The notes beneath the pieces were generated by a model. That model had not been told where the DNA came from. It worked only from the letters and a program-made list of their open reading frames with translations, and did no database searches. A stretch of 64,000 nt of DNA from NCBI RefSeq assembly GCF_009834535.1, contig NC_045696.1, positions 26,910,001 through 26,974,000 on the forward strand, given 5' to 3'. The DNA is from Camelus ferus. Its lineage: Eukaryota. Both the position numbers and the translations under genes were made by a program. Below, one piece after another: positions 25,248 to 37,934 of this stretch. Every line of letters begins with the position of its first letter. The stretch's first letter is position 1.

Positions 25248-27739
25248 GTAGTATAATCTGATGTGCACTGGAGAGTCCTGGTTTACACTTTTTTCCTAAT
25301 GCAATCAATTGTCTACAGGTATACCTTGTTTTATTGTTCTTCACTTTATTGCACTTTACAGATACTGTGTTTTTTACAAATTGAAGGTTTGTAGCAATCC
25401 TGTGTTAAGCAGGTCTAAAGAAGTCATTTTTCCAACAGCATTTGCTTTGTGTCTCTGTGCCACATTTTGGTAATTCTTGTAATATTTCAAACTTCTTCAT
25501 TATTGTATTTGTTATGGTGATCTGTAATCAGCAATTTTTGATGTTGCCTATTGTAATTATTTTGGGGTGCTCATATAAGACATCAAACTTAATTAATAAA
25601 TATTGTATGTGCTCTGACTGCTCTATTTATCAGCTATTCCTCCATCTCTCTCCCTCTCCTCAGGCCTCCCTATTCACTGAGACATAGTATTAATCAAATT
25701 AGGCAAACAAATAACCTTACAACTTCTAAGTGTTCAAGTGAAAGGAGCATATCTCTCACTTTAAATCAAAAGTTAGAAATAAGTTTAGTGAGGAAGGCAT
25801 GTTGAAAGCCGAGATAGGCTGCAAGCTGGACCTCTTGTGCCCAACAATTAGCCAAGTTGTGAATGAAAAGTTAAGTTTTTAAAGGAAATTAAAAGTGCTA
25901 CTCCTGTGAACACACAAATGGTGTAACAGTTTTAGTGCTGATATGGAGAAAGTTTTAGTGATCTGGACAGAAAATCAAACCAGCCACAACATTCCCTTTA
26001 GCCAAAGCCTAATCCAGAGCAAGGCCCTAACTCTCTTTAATTCTATGAAGGCTGAGCTAGGTGAGGAAGCTGCAGAAGAAAAGTTTTAAGCTAGCAATTT
26101 GGTTCATGAGTTTTAAGAAAAGAAGCTGTCTCCATAACATAAAAATGTAAGGTGAAGCAGCAAATGCTGATGTAGAAGCTACAGCAAGTTATCCAGAAGA
26201 TCTAGCTGAGATAATTAATGAACGTGGCCACACAAACAACAGATTTTCAATGTAGCTGAAGCAGTCTTACATTGAAGGAGATGCCATCTAGGACTTTCAT
26301 AGCTAGAGAGGAGAAGTCGATGCCTGCTTCCAAGCTTCCAAGGACAGGCTGATTCTCTTCTTAAGGGCTAATGCAGCTGATGACTTTAAGTTGAAGCCAC
26401 TGCAAAATTACCATTCTGAAAATCCTAGGGCCCTTAAGAATTATGCTAAATCTACTCTGCCTGTGTTCTATAGATGAAACAACAAAGCATAAATGACACT
26501 ACATCTCTTTACAATATGGTTTATTGAATCTTTCAAGCCCACTGTCGATGTCTATTGCCTAGGAAAAAAGGATTATTTTCAAGGTAAGATTTCTCATCGG
26601 CAACGCAGCTGGTCACCCAAGAGCTCTGATGAAGATGTCTAAGGAAATTAATGTTGTTTTATGCCTGCTAACACAACATCCATACTGCAGCATATGGATC
26701 TAGAAGTAATTTTGGCTTTCAAGTATTGTTATTTAAGAAAAATATTTCATAAGGCTATAGCCACTGTAGACAGTAATTCCTCTGATGGATCTAAGCAAAG
26801 TAAGTTGAAAAACTTTCTGGAAAAGATTCACCATTGTAGATGCTATTAAGAACATCAGTGGTTCATGGGAAGAGGTCAAAATATCAACATTAAGAGGAAT
26901 TTGGTAGAAGTTGATTACAACTCTCAGATGTTCAAGACTTCAATGGAGGAAGTAACTGCAATGTGGTGGAAATAGCAAGAAAACTAAAATTAGAAGTGGA
27001 GCCTGAAGATGTGACTGAATTGCTGCAATTTCATGGTAAAACTAATGGATAAGAAGTTGCTTCTTATGCATGAGCAAAGAAAGTGGTTTCTTGAGATGGA
27101 ATCTACTTCCGGTGAAGATCCTGTGAAAACTGTTGAATGATAACAAAGGACTTTTAACATACATAAACTTAGTTGATAAAGCAGTGACAGGGTTTGATAG
27201 GACCAACTCCAATTTTGAAACAAGTTCTCTATGGATAAAATGCTATCAACCAGCATTGTGTGCTACAGAGAAATCATTCATGAAAGGAAGAGTCAATTGA
27301 TGAGGCAAACTTCACTGTTGTCTAAATTACCACACCCACCTCAACCTTCAGCAACCACCACCTTGATCAGTCAGCAGCCATAAACATCAAGGCCGTCTTC
27401 CACCAGCAAAAAGATTATGACTTACTGAAGAAATAATGGTTAGCATTTTTTAAAAATGTGGTATTTTTAATTAAAGTATGTATGTTTTTTTTAGACATAA
27501 TTCTATTGTCTATGTTAGACTTGAGACCTTACTAACAGACTACACTTAATGGATTACAGTATTTTGTAAACACAAGTTTCATATGCACCAGGAAACCAAA
27601 ACAAATTTGTGTGACTAGCTTTATGTGATATTCCCTTTATTGCAGTAGTCTGGAACCAAATCTGCAATATCTTTGAGGTAAGCCTGTAATTTTATACTTA
27701 AAGCATCCTGATTTGGATGTTAATCTTGTAGCTATCCTA
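25248..27739 (-). mobile_element. MER81-like hAT-Blackjack MITE split by Tigger1 (pieces 25248-25315 and 27687-27739)
   Basis: Rejoined flanks give ...ctggagagtcctggtttacac...|...aaagcatcctgatttggatgttaatcttgtagctatccta, resembling antisense MER81 ending in gtcacccta. Confidence 0.55.
25316..27686 (+). mobile_element. Full-length Tigger1 DNA transposon (Tc1/pogo) with disrupted transposase
   Basis: TIRs CAGGTATACCTT / GAGGTAAGCCTG; TA TSDs at 25314-25315 and 27687-27688; 2371 bp long; ORF 26661-26849 [21 protein letters not shown]...[14 protein letters not shown] matches the Tigger1 DDE region; many stops and frameshifts. Confidence 0.95.
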
Positions 27740-30700
27740 TTTGTTAGCAGCGTTATGTGGAGTTGACTGATCTTTTCATCTTCCAAACATTTTCTTCATT
27801 TGACTTACGTGTTTCTGATTTTCCTACTTTCTTATTAGCCACTTCGCAGTCTCATTTACTCATCCCTCATTTTCTCCACAACCTCCTAATGGAGGAATAT
27901 TGGCCTTCATAACTGGATTTCTTTTCTTCCAGTAGGTAGCCGCTGTTGAAATATTTAATGTAATTACATTGACAATGAAATGATGAAGTACTTTAGATAG
28001 TGATTTATCATATAAGAGGGTCATTTCTCTATGATGACTTTCCCTTTGTAAATTAAAGTGAAGACTTAAAAAAATATATTTCAAAGGGTTTGCAAAAGTA
28101 TCAAGAATTATTTCTGCTTTATTTTTTTCTGTGTTTCATTTTGGTTCATCTTCTCATTTCCACTCATAAAAACAAAATATTTCTAACATTACTGTGGTCA
28201 AAAATAAAAAAGAATACTCAGTGTTCAATCAAATGGAAATATAAGATCTAGCCCTAATTTGACCGATTCTCTAAGAGTGTAATTATTGTTAGTAAATTTC
28301 ACTGCAAGTTTCTTCTGTCTGATAGTGAATAAGCAAAAGGCTTAAAAGAAAAAAAATTATATATCTATATGTAAAATGCAGATTGGTGCTTTGAATATTA
28401 TGTATAATCTGCAACCTCATTCTCTCTAACCAGTGCTTTTCATACAAATGAAAAGAAAACTAGTAGAGCATTGATTGCTCCAATTCTAAAGCAAGTACTT
28501 TTTTCTTTTGTTTATTTTGTTGGTGAAAGGGTAAGGGAGCCTTTAAGAGAGAGGCATGTTGGAAAGCAACCCTCGAATATAAATGTAAATTACAACATTC
28601 CCACAAATTGTAACATATCATTATCTGGTCCATTCTTTAAAGAAAGAAAAACAAGGCTAATAATCATCCAGTTACATATTGCAATAGAAGAGTTTTGGGG
28701 ATTTTTTATTGGACTATTATATTCACTCATTTATGAATCAAGATGTTTGGAGTTGGAGTGGCCCTTTCTGTACCTTTCGGATGCCCTGATGTGAAGGTTG
28801 CTGCTCAGTATTGGACAGATCTATTGTCAGGAGGCTACTCCTTGGCCACATCTTTTGTATTGCTGTTTCTCTGTATTTGGATAGTAAAAGTCTTGCTTCA
28901 CTTCTTTACTGACATGAGTCTATTCAGACACAAATAATTTTCATCCAAAATTGGAAGACAGGAGTCCAATATTCATTCCTTCATAAATGTCACCATCACA
29001 GATCAGATGAATTAGATGCTTCTTAATTCACAACTCTAGGTCCATTAGTACAAGGACTGAAATCTCTTCTTATACATTAAATCTTTCTCCTTCAGTAGTG
29101 CATGATGTTTAACTGATCTGTCAAAGTATTTCTTTTATCACATTCTCACTGTCTATTTTTCATACAAAACCTCATTGTTTCAGCTTCTTTTTACTGATGC
29201 AAAGAAATCTTATATGCAATTTCCATCCCATTAACTGTTCGAGAGAGATAATCCACATTCTAATAGTGCTGAACAGTAAACCACAGCCAGTTCTGAGTTG
29301 CTGTCTGATCTTTTGTTGAGCTGTCTTTCGACCCTCTTTGGCATTTCAGCCATCTTTCTCTTGAGAGCTTCTACTATTTGCCTAAAAAGATACTGGACTA
29401 GTTGTAACTTGTTTGAATGGAGAAATAGTTGTTGTATTTCAAATTATTTTCTATAAAAAGTACTTTGAAATAGGATTTAAGTGAATAATTCAAGTATTGT
29501 GAATGTGAAATATTTGTGCCTGTTACTAAACTTGTTGTTACTTGAGGCTTTATACACAGCATTAAAACATGGAAGCTGTTGCTTAATATTTAATATCTCA
29601 GCTTTGAAATCTCAGAGTCCTAGTTTATAATTTAATACCTCTAAGTTCTATGTGGATATGTGTGGGTAGCTCCTTCATCTATCAGCATATACCTACATTA
29701 TAGACTGGATAAAAGAGGAAAATTAATTAAGGTATGTAGTGGTGAAAGTCTGGCACACAGTAGGACTTCCAGTGATGCTGTATTTATTATCAGTAACTAA
29801 AAAATCTAGGTCATGGAATCCTGGGAACTGTCTTTTAGAAGTGCAGTGTAGGGAGCATTTTAATTGCTGCAAGTATTATTCTTTGTCATTGTTCTTCCTA
29901 TTTGACCAGTTTTCATGATGGGATTGATTTATCCTGGGATGAGAAGTATTGCTAGCATGAGGGTCTGGACCACCCAGGCTGTGACTCTGTAATTGTCTTT
30001 ATGCAAACAGGAGCTTGGTTTCTGCTACAATCCTCTCCACATGTATTTCTGCTCATATTTCCAATGTAAGAACCCTCACATAAATCCCTACCCAACATTT
30101 TATATTGTTCAAAGTAAATTTCCAATTATACCATCTTCTACTGCCATAAACAAGTAATATACCTGATAATCCAAGTATTTTTTTCCCTCCTAAAAACAGA
30201 ACTAAGTTTCAAGTTGCATAATATGGTAGATCTCAGTGCAAATATTCTACTGACTTTGAATGCCACCATGAAATATCTGAATTCACGTGCACATTACCTT
30301 TTTTTAAACAAAAGGTAAATTATAGGTTAAATGAGTCCATTCCTAAATAAATATATTTTGTAGTTTTAGATCTCAAGTCACCTACCAAATATTAGTTTAG
30401 CAATTGCAAATACATTCAAGGTATATTAAAGAATTAGCTTTTTCTTTGTATTGCTGCCAAAATTTCAGTTTGTAGTTTATGACATCACTAACACCTAAAA
30501 CTGTGTGGAACATATGGAGTCAGGATGTGGTTAGAAAGAACAGAAGCAAAATAAACTAATTACAAAGCTAGTCTTGAGCTCCATTTACATTTGAAAGATT
30601 AAACCCTTTACTAGCAGACTTCTGAAATCACTGAGTGACCTTGTAGATAGAGAGGAAGCTTTCAAAGATGGAAATGAATAAGAAGACAGGCAAAGAGGGA

Positions 30701-31039
30701 ACAAAAAAGAAAAAATATGAGAATTTCCTGGGAAGCAACAGACACAGTAAAAGCAGAGAACAAAATACGCCTTTAAAAGCCATTTTGAGATTAAGATTAA
30801 GAAGTGTTCTATAAACAAAAATGAGTTTTCAGAAGGTTGAAGAATATTAAATATCTGATTTATTTCTTCACATTACAACTGTATCTACTGCTATGAAGAC
30901 AAAGCTTGTAATCGAAAGAAGAAAATTTCAGATCTGGAAAAAAACTTTATAACTAACTAGGTTTAGACCCTTTTGACAAATGAGAACTTTAATTACTAAA
31001 ATGGAAGTTACTTATATAGGCTGTGGAAGCTGTTGTCAA

Positions 31040-31475
31040 TTCTCCAAGATTCTCCATGACTTCCTTTCTCCTAACTTCTAATCCTTCCCCTCATTTGTAG
31101 CAGCACCACATTCCTCTGGATATAACAATGGTCCAAAAGAGATTCATGAAGGATTATCAGTTATTTCTTGGGCTTTCACTTTGGAGATTTAAAGAGAGAA
31201 ATGCCTTCCTTCTGGGTTGCAATCTTGAAGCTGTTACCATCCCTAAGTCCCCAATCACAAGAGGTAACCCACCAACAAGTAAAGAGATAAGGTTAACACA
31301 CTGGCTTTTGAGAGGGGGGTGGTTTGGGTATATTTTTCAGCCTTTGAGTTCTGCTGTGCTTGAAGTCAGGGTCAACCCTGGACTTGAAAGTGTAAAAGTC
31401 CATTATTCCCCTTTTGATTTATGCAATTTTTGATTGAGTTCCTATCACCTGTAACAAAGTGTCTTGTCTAAATAT
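31040..31475 (+). mobile_element. Old MLT1 (J/K/L-like) MaLR LTR
   Basis: ttcagcctttgagttctgctgtgcttgaagtcag...cctggact...attgagttcctatcacctgtaacaaagtgtc end motif. Confidence 0.55.
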
Positions 31476-31748
31476 GTGTCTATTTGGAAGTACATTCTGG
31501 ACATCATTTTTATAGCTATAAATATATTTTCTTTGGCATCTTTCTTTGACTCACTTTATAATAGTATTGTTCTATTCTGAGATGATTTTGTGACCATATA
31601 AATGTTTCTAGCTAGTTTGAGAACCTAGGTTTCCTAAGGTCATTATCTTCTCATTGTAGAGCAAATAGTCTCTTCCTTCATGTTGCAGGGGAGGAAATCT
31701 TTTTCTTCTATCCCTCTAGTTATCTGGCTGTCCTATGAATCATACTGA

Positions 31749-32189
31749 TGTTGACAAAAAAATTAATCAGTTAATTGAAGAGAGAAATGGAAAATTGTAT
31801 TCAAGCCAAACTGAGAATTATAACCTAGGAATAGCCTCTCAGAAAGCTCCAAGAATGCTTCCATCTGTTAGAGGTCAAAGCATAATTATATAAGTTTTTA
31901 AGACAGAGGGCTGTACATTAAATGATGTATCACTGACAGTTTATACAATCCAGATATAGACATACAAAGAGTAGTGGATCATGGGTCACTGTGGCCCCTT
32001 ATAAGATTAAGAAGAATGGTAATCTCCTAAGGAGTTGTGACCCTTGATGAGATTAAGAAGGAATGTTACCTCCTAAGGAGGTCTCATTAACGCAGATGCA
32101 CAATACACCCTAAAGGTTGAGAGGAGGCTCAAACTGGCAAAGGAAAACTTTAAATTTGTCTTGCCATAAAATATGAATTTATTTCATCA
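31749..32189 (-). mobile_element. ERV1-type solo LTR nested in the MER34-like LTR
   Basis: TGTTGAC...TTCATCA termini; perfect TSD ctga (31745-31748 / 32190-32193); internal repeat gattaagaag...ctcctaaggag x2. Confidence 0.85.
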
Positions 32190-32369
32190 CTGACAAAAGA
32201 TAAGATGAACAAGAAAGGAAAAAACATGTTTTAATTATGTACACACACAGGAGGCTTTCACAAAAAATTAGATTAAAGGAGATGATCAGGTGATTGAAGT
32301 TTATATACCATCTTAGGCTAAACAAAGAAAAAGGGGGTTTTGGCCTCTGGATGAGGGAGGCAAGTTACT

Positions 32370-32973
32370 TGAAACCAAGCAGGACCCTGTGGTGCCTTCC
32401 TGGCCACAAATCCTTTCTGTGTCCCCCATTTCTTATTTGTAGGAAAGAGGCTTTAGCCTCTTTGACCTTTCTTGAGTTCCAAAATGGCAGATTCAAAGAG
32501 TTGCTAATCAGAAAAGTGAGAGAATACAAGAACAAAGGAGGAGCAATCAAGAAACAATAGGGCAGTGATAAATCAGGGTCCTGGTTCCTCCTCAGGTGAT
32601 ATACATAACAATGTCTTTGAGTTCTTCTGCAGGAACTAAGGCCCCCCACCCAGGTAGAGACTGGTAACTTCAGGCCAAGCACAAGAGTCCTGGATCACTG
32701 CCCTGCTACCTTACCACCAACAAATCAGAAGAAAGTCTACACATAGTGGAAGATAACAAAGACTCAGACCCCCTCCCCAAAAGATTAACTGTGATTAACT
32801 TCCTCCTTTTCTCTTTAAAAAATTTCATGGTTGAGCAGAATCTTCAGAGGTGGTTCTTGCACATGTGTTCACCTTCTCTATACGTTGCTGGCTTCCTGAA
32901 TAAAGCAACCTTTGCTTTCTAACCAACACTTGTCTCTTGAGTATTGGTGCAGCTGAACTTGACTTCAATAACT
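32370..32973 (+). mobile_element. ERV1-type solo LTR nested in the MER34-like LTR
   Basis: TGAAACCAAGCAGGACCCTG start, AATAAA near 32899, end ...ttcaataac(t); flanks ttact/ttacc; start shared with the 48834 LTR. Confidence 0.82.
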
Positions 32974-33571
32974 TTACCTTAAGGTGAAGGAAGAAATGTG
33001 TGGTAAATAAGGGCTGTTTTCTCATGCAGACAGGAGTCTCTCAGGTGTTAAGAGCTGTTTCAGGAATAACTCTCCTCATGGGAAAGAGGGAGCTTTACAA
33101 ATGTAAATTTCCTTTACAAAAGAAAAAATTTACACTTTTAGTCAGTTAGGGAGAAACAAAAAGCTATTCCTGTATCTGCTGGTTCTCCACCACCTTTAGC
33201 TCAAAATAATCCTTATGCCAAAGTGACATATTTTGATGTGTTGTAGTCTGGTGCCCTTCAACATCTGTGATTCATGAAACTATTGAGTATCCTTCCTTGC
33301 CAACCTCAAAAGTTGAACCTGGTCAAAGACCCAAAATTCTATCTCAGTATTAGGTTGTTTTTTGTTTGTTTTTTGGGGGGGGGGGGTAGACAATTTATCA
33401 TGTAGGTTTTCTTGGTTAATCTTCTCAACAACCTTATTATATAGATGATCATCTCCACTTTAAATGAAGAATGCCAAGATTAAATAAGTGAAAGAGTTAA
33501 AATTGACATTAAAAAATCTTTCCTTCCACTGTAGCACGTATGGGTCTATGATTTCTATTTTTCTATGACAC

Positions 33572-34107
33572 TGTAGGAAAGGAAAAAGAAATCTTTTTAC
33601 TCTACCCTTCTTAGGTTCTCTGATTGAGTTCTTGTAAATTAGAAAGGCAAAGATAGATTAAGAAGAGAAAAACAGAATTTATTTAATATGTACATCACAC
33701 TTGTAAGTATGGGAGCACTCAATAATGTATAGAAATTACACTTTTATACCACTTTAGGCTGAATAAAGGAAGAGGAGTTTTGGTCTTCTGGGCAAGGGAG
33801 GCAAATTATGGGAAGTTGACCAGAAAAAGTATTGTAAACATGGGTTGTTTAGCATGATTTTTTATGCAGATTTAAGTCATTGCCTTCTTCACAGATGAAC
33901 TGTTAAGTGTCCCCTCTTCCTGGTATGGCAGAAAACATCTTTACAAATGGAAAATCCCTTTATAAATGTCAATTTCCTTACAAAAGGAAAATCTGCGCCC
34001 TGTTTTTAGAGATTTTCTTGCATCTTCTGATTCTTAATGGCCTTTAGCTCAAAATAATTCATATGTCAAAAAGACATATGTGGAATAGCATACTCTGGTA
34101 TCCTTCA
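33572..34107 (-). mobile_element. MER34-like ERV1 solo LTR
   Basis: TGTAGG...CCTTCA termini; ctttagctcaaaataattcatatgtcaaa family motif. Confidence 0.82.
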
Positions 34108-35989
34108 GTATTCTATATAAATATGAATATGATAATATAGTTGAATCTGGGTCTGTATTTTCATCATCTGGAATACTCATTATAATTGCAGTTATACTTA
34201 TTTCCCCTCCTTCGTATCTACAAGTTGCTTAAAAGTTCTACTACAATAGGTCTTTTTATTAAGTTAAGCAAAAATAGCACTGGACTCTTCAAGTGCTGTA
34301 TCATTCAGTTGTATCTCCTAAAGTTCTAAATTATAACGTGTCTCTCTCTGAAATGTGATTCTATTTTCTCAATACCCTATATGTCATAGTCTACCCACAT
34401 AAGTTTAAAGATATGTTGGATTAGGAACGATTTTTAGAGATCTGTCCTTAACTCATTTATATCCCAGAGAGATATACCAATTTTTTATTCTATTAATTTG
34501 TATCCATTCCAACGTTCATTTATGCAAGACCAATTTTATAATATGTATATACACATATTATATATAGTACATAAACTTTATTTTGACACACTTTGTAAGT
34601 TAGTTTTATCACATAAGATATACAGAATTTTCTATAAGCAGAGATCACTCTTCAGTTGTTATTCATCTGAAAAATTGTGAAATAAATATTACTTAGCTGC
34701 AAGATATTACCATTTTTAAACAACCCATAGTTTGTAATAGTGAACAAGTACTTACTGTACCACCTCTAGGAATCATCAAATTTTATTAAGAATTTGAGGT
34801 GAATTTCTCAAATTAATGTGTGGTTCATGCTCAGCCAGTAACTCAATTTTCAGCCCTGAAGTAAATGTTTCTGTTTGAATTATTCTTGTTATTAACTTTC
34901 TCCCTTAGATTAACATCCCCATCATTATTTTTCCTAAACAGACCTAAACTTTTGAAAGGCTGAAATCTAATGTCTACATGATTAGACTTAAAAGTACATT
35001 CAGTTTAGTTACTCTATTCAAATTCTAATGAAATACCTCTTCAACTTTTTAAAAAAATTTAACCCATGCAGTAACAGCAGATGGTTAATTACAAAATATT
35101 TTTAGATCTACTACTACCAGTGTTATTTAATAAGAATTAAGAGAAGTTGAGGGAGAAGTCCCAGAAACATTGCAAGCAAGATGCATATAAACACGTAGAA
35201 ATTCAAAGTCGAATGTTATAATTATCACTTCAAATTAATAGAGCTCATAAATTAAAGAGCTCATAAAAAATGAAGGAAATATCCTAGGATTATAAACAGG
35301 AAAAAAATGTTGAAAATCACAGCATTAAATCTAGGTGGGTAGACTTGATGGTCTGTTCATCCAGATAATCTTGGATTTCCACAAAGTGGGAAGTTGGAAT
35401 CAAGATTCCCTACAAAAATTTAAGACTACCTCTCAACTCCTCCAAGTGCTCATTTTCAGTAAAAAGATACAATCAGTGAAAAGGAAAGAAGAAAGAAAGG
35501 AATAAGGAACAAACGAAAGAAAGCAAGCTAGCATGGGAGGAAAATGAGAAGGAAACTGGGTCACTCTCGACCTGAGTTCATAAAGGTAAAAAGTCTCAAC
35601 TGGGATGCCATAATCAAAGACCAATATCATACAAGGGTTCAGTATTAGAATTTATGTTATCTACTTAGTCAAGAGATTTCCTCTAAGAGAGTAACCAAAA
35701 AAAAAAAAAAAAAGTCCCAGTCTGTTAATAGTCCAAAGACACTTAGCAGAAATAAAGACAAAACTCCTCTTTGAAGGAACATGCCCTCAATGCAAACTTC
35801 AAGAATTCTGACAAATAAAGTTCCACCTAAGAGTATGCATTCCTTTAGTCCCAAACACTATGGTTGGTATTGGGGATATACAACAAACAAAGCAGACCAC
35901 AAATCAGTCCTCATGGAATAAACTGATATTTTATTATAAAATAATCTAGATTTTGTGTCCAAAATAGATTGGAGATAATCAAAAAAAAA

Positions 35990-37250
35990 AAAAAAAGAGA
36001 GAGAGAGATTAATCAGGGTCTATTGTAATAACCCAAAAAGAGGTGATGGTGGCAGGACCAGATTGGTGAAAGTGGAATTTTAGAAAATATTTTGATGATA
36101 GGAACAATAGGGTATCCCTCCTATTTTGAGTGTGGGGCATCAGAGAGAGATAAAGAACTTATTTAAAGATGAAGTCAAGATTTTTGACTTGAAGAAAAAG
36201 CCACAAAGCCTTTAGCCACCATTAACTTGAGATGTGGATGGCAGGGAAAAAGGAGATTTAAGAGGAATAGAACTGAGTTTCAGAAATATTATATTTGAGA
36301 TGCTGAGTGTCATGCAAGAAAAAAATGTTGAATGAGCATCTGGATATGGAAATTTAGTTAGAGGTCCAGGCTGAGATGCAAATTTATGAGTCATCAGTAT
36401 ATAAATGATATTTAAAGTCTGGACAACACCATCTGGGGAGTAAATACAGGTACATAAAAGACCAAGTAACCAGAGAAGTGGGAAAAAGAAATCAATTTTG
36501 GAACCATGTAGGGAAGAGGAAGTGATCAACTAGAGCTAATATTGCAGAGAAGCCAAGTAAAAGTGGGGATCAGGAACAAATCATTGTATTTAGCAATGTG
36601 AAAATAATTGATGACTTTCATAAGAGCTGCTTCATTAGATTGCTTAGGTAGAAAGCCATATCAGAATATAATAAAAAGGAAATTGGAGACAAAATAAATT
36701 AAATGAAGACAAATTTTTCAAAAACTTACTGAAAAGAGAGAAATAGAGCAGTGATTGGAGAGAAATATGGGTCAAAGAGACATTTTCTTATAATGAGGTA
36801 AATTACAGAATATTTCTATATTGATAGAAATTATTTTATAGTTAAATAAAACTAATTAATCCATAAGAAATGGAGCAATTGCTAGGGCCATATCCTTGAG
36901 CAGACAAGACGAGATAGGCTCTATTGAACAAGTGGAAAGGTTGGTCTTAGCTAGAAGCATATACAATTCAACCACGTTATGAGGAAAGAAGACCAAAGCA
37001 TATGGATTCAAACATAGATATGTTTGCAAATGTGGTGGGGAAGCTTATGATTAATTGCATTTTCACAGTGAAAGAGAATGCAAAGTCATTAGCTAAACTG
37101 AGAATGGATTGGTGAGGGCTGGAGGTTGCTGAAAGCTGGAGAAGAAAGGAGAAAATATAAAATAGGTGTCTAGAAGAGTAAATGGATAAAGGAAAATGTT
37201 TTAAATTTCTATGGGCCCACTTGAGATTAGTGCTAATGATTTATAGTGAG
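35990..37250 (-). mobile_element. L2 LINE fragment
   Basis: Purine-rich antisense L2 (ctattgtaataacccaaaaagaggtgatggtggc, gaggtccaggctgagatgcaaatttatgagtcatcag). Confidence 0.7.
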
Positions 37251-37934
37251 ACCATTTAATATAGTTGTGTTTGTTGGTTTGATTGGGATTTGCTTTTGTT
37301 TTTGTTTTTATTTTGTTTGTGCCAGCCACATTTAGGTGTGTGGTGTAGATATGGAACATGTAGACAGTAAACTTGATAAAAACTAGGGATTTTCTAGGCG
37401 AGTCACGTGACAATTCAGAGCTTATTTTGTGCAAAGTCTTGATGGTTCAGATGTCATCCCTATGATGCACAGCATGCATTTAATTTAGGATGGTTAGAGT
37501 TTAGTGGTGTTAGCAACATGACCTTTGTCTTATTTCTTGAAACACACACACACACACACAATGTAACAAAGAAACAAAAATGTTTTTAAGAAGTGTTCAA
37601 GCTCCAAGCTTATAAATCGGAGATAGATGAGGAATCTCTATGACTGTTTCCAGAAGGGTGACTCTTGAGACAATTAAAGCAGATGTCAATAAAGAATGAA
37701 ACAGCTGGATTATAATAGTGACAGTCAAAATGACCCTCCCAGAAAGACCTGTTATATCTCTTGCACTGAGTCACATTATCTAGTTACAAAAAGGCTTTTG
37801 TCATCAACAATTTATAAACAAAATAACTTTCTCTCCACTATTCTTTTCCTATTTTTTCTCTTTTCAGTTTCTCTCCAAATAATTTTCATTTATCTTATCA
37901 TTCTATATCCCTAAAACAGACTGTTATATAATTT

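Larger units (their letters stand above)
24880..27930 (+). mobile_element. L2 LINE fragment hosting MER81 and Tigger1
   Basis: L2-like sequence on both sides (aacccactttagtc...ttctcagtccttactt | cagcgttatgtggagttgac...ttttcttcatttgactt...ttttcctact). Confidence 0.6.
31684..33260 (-). mobile_element. MER34-like ERV1 solo LTR carrying two nested LTRs
   Basis: TGCAGGGG...CCCTTCA termini; after removing the inserts it is colinear with the 9670 and 33572 LTRs; flanks atgt/acat. Confidence 0.85.

Noticed and set aside
25700..27330. Domesticated Tigger-derived (TIGD-like) gene
   Set aside because: The transposase frame is broken by many stops and frameshifts, and intact TIRs show an ordinary dead copy
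28825..29075. Protein-looking minus frame (EEISVLVLMDLEL*IKKHLIHLICDGDIYEG...) as a decayed gene
   Set aside because: Three internal stops in about 80 codons is close to random expectation, and I recognise no motif
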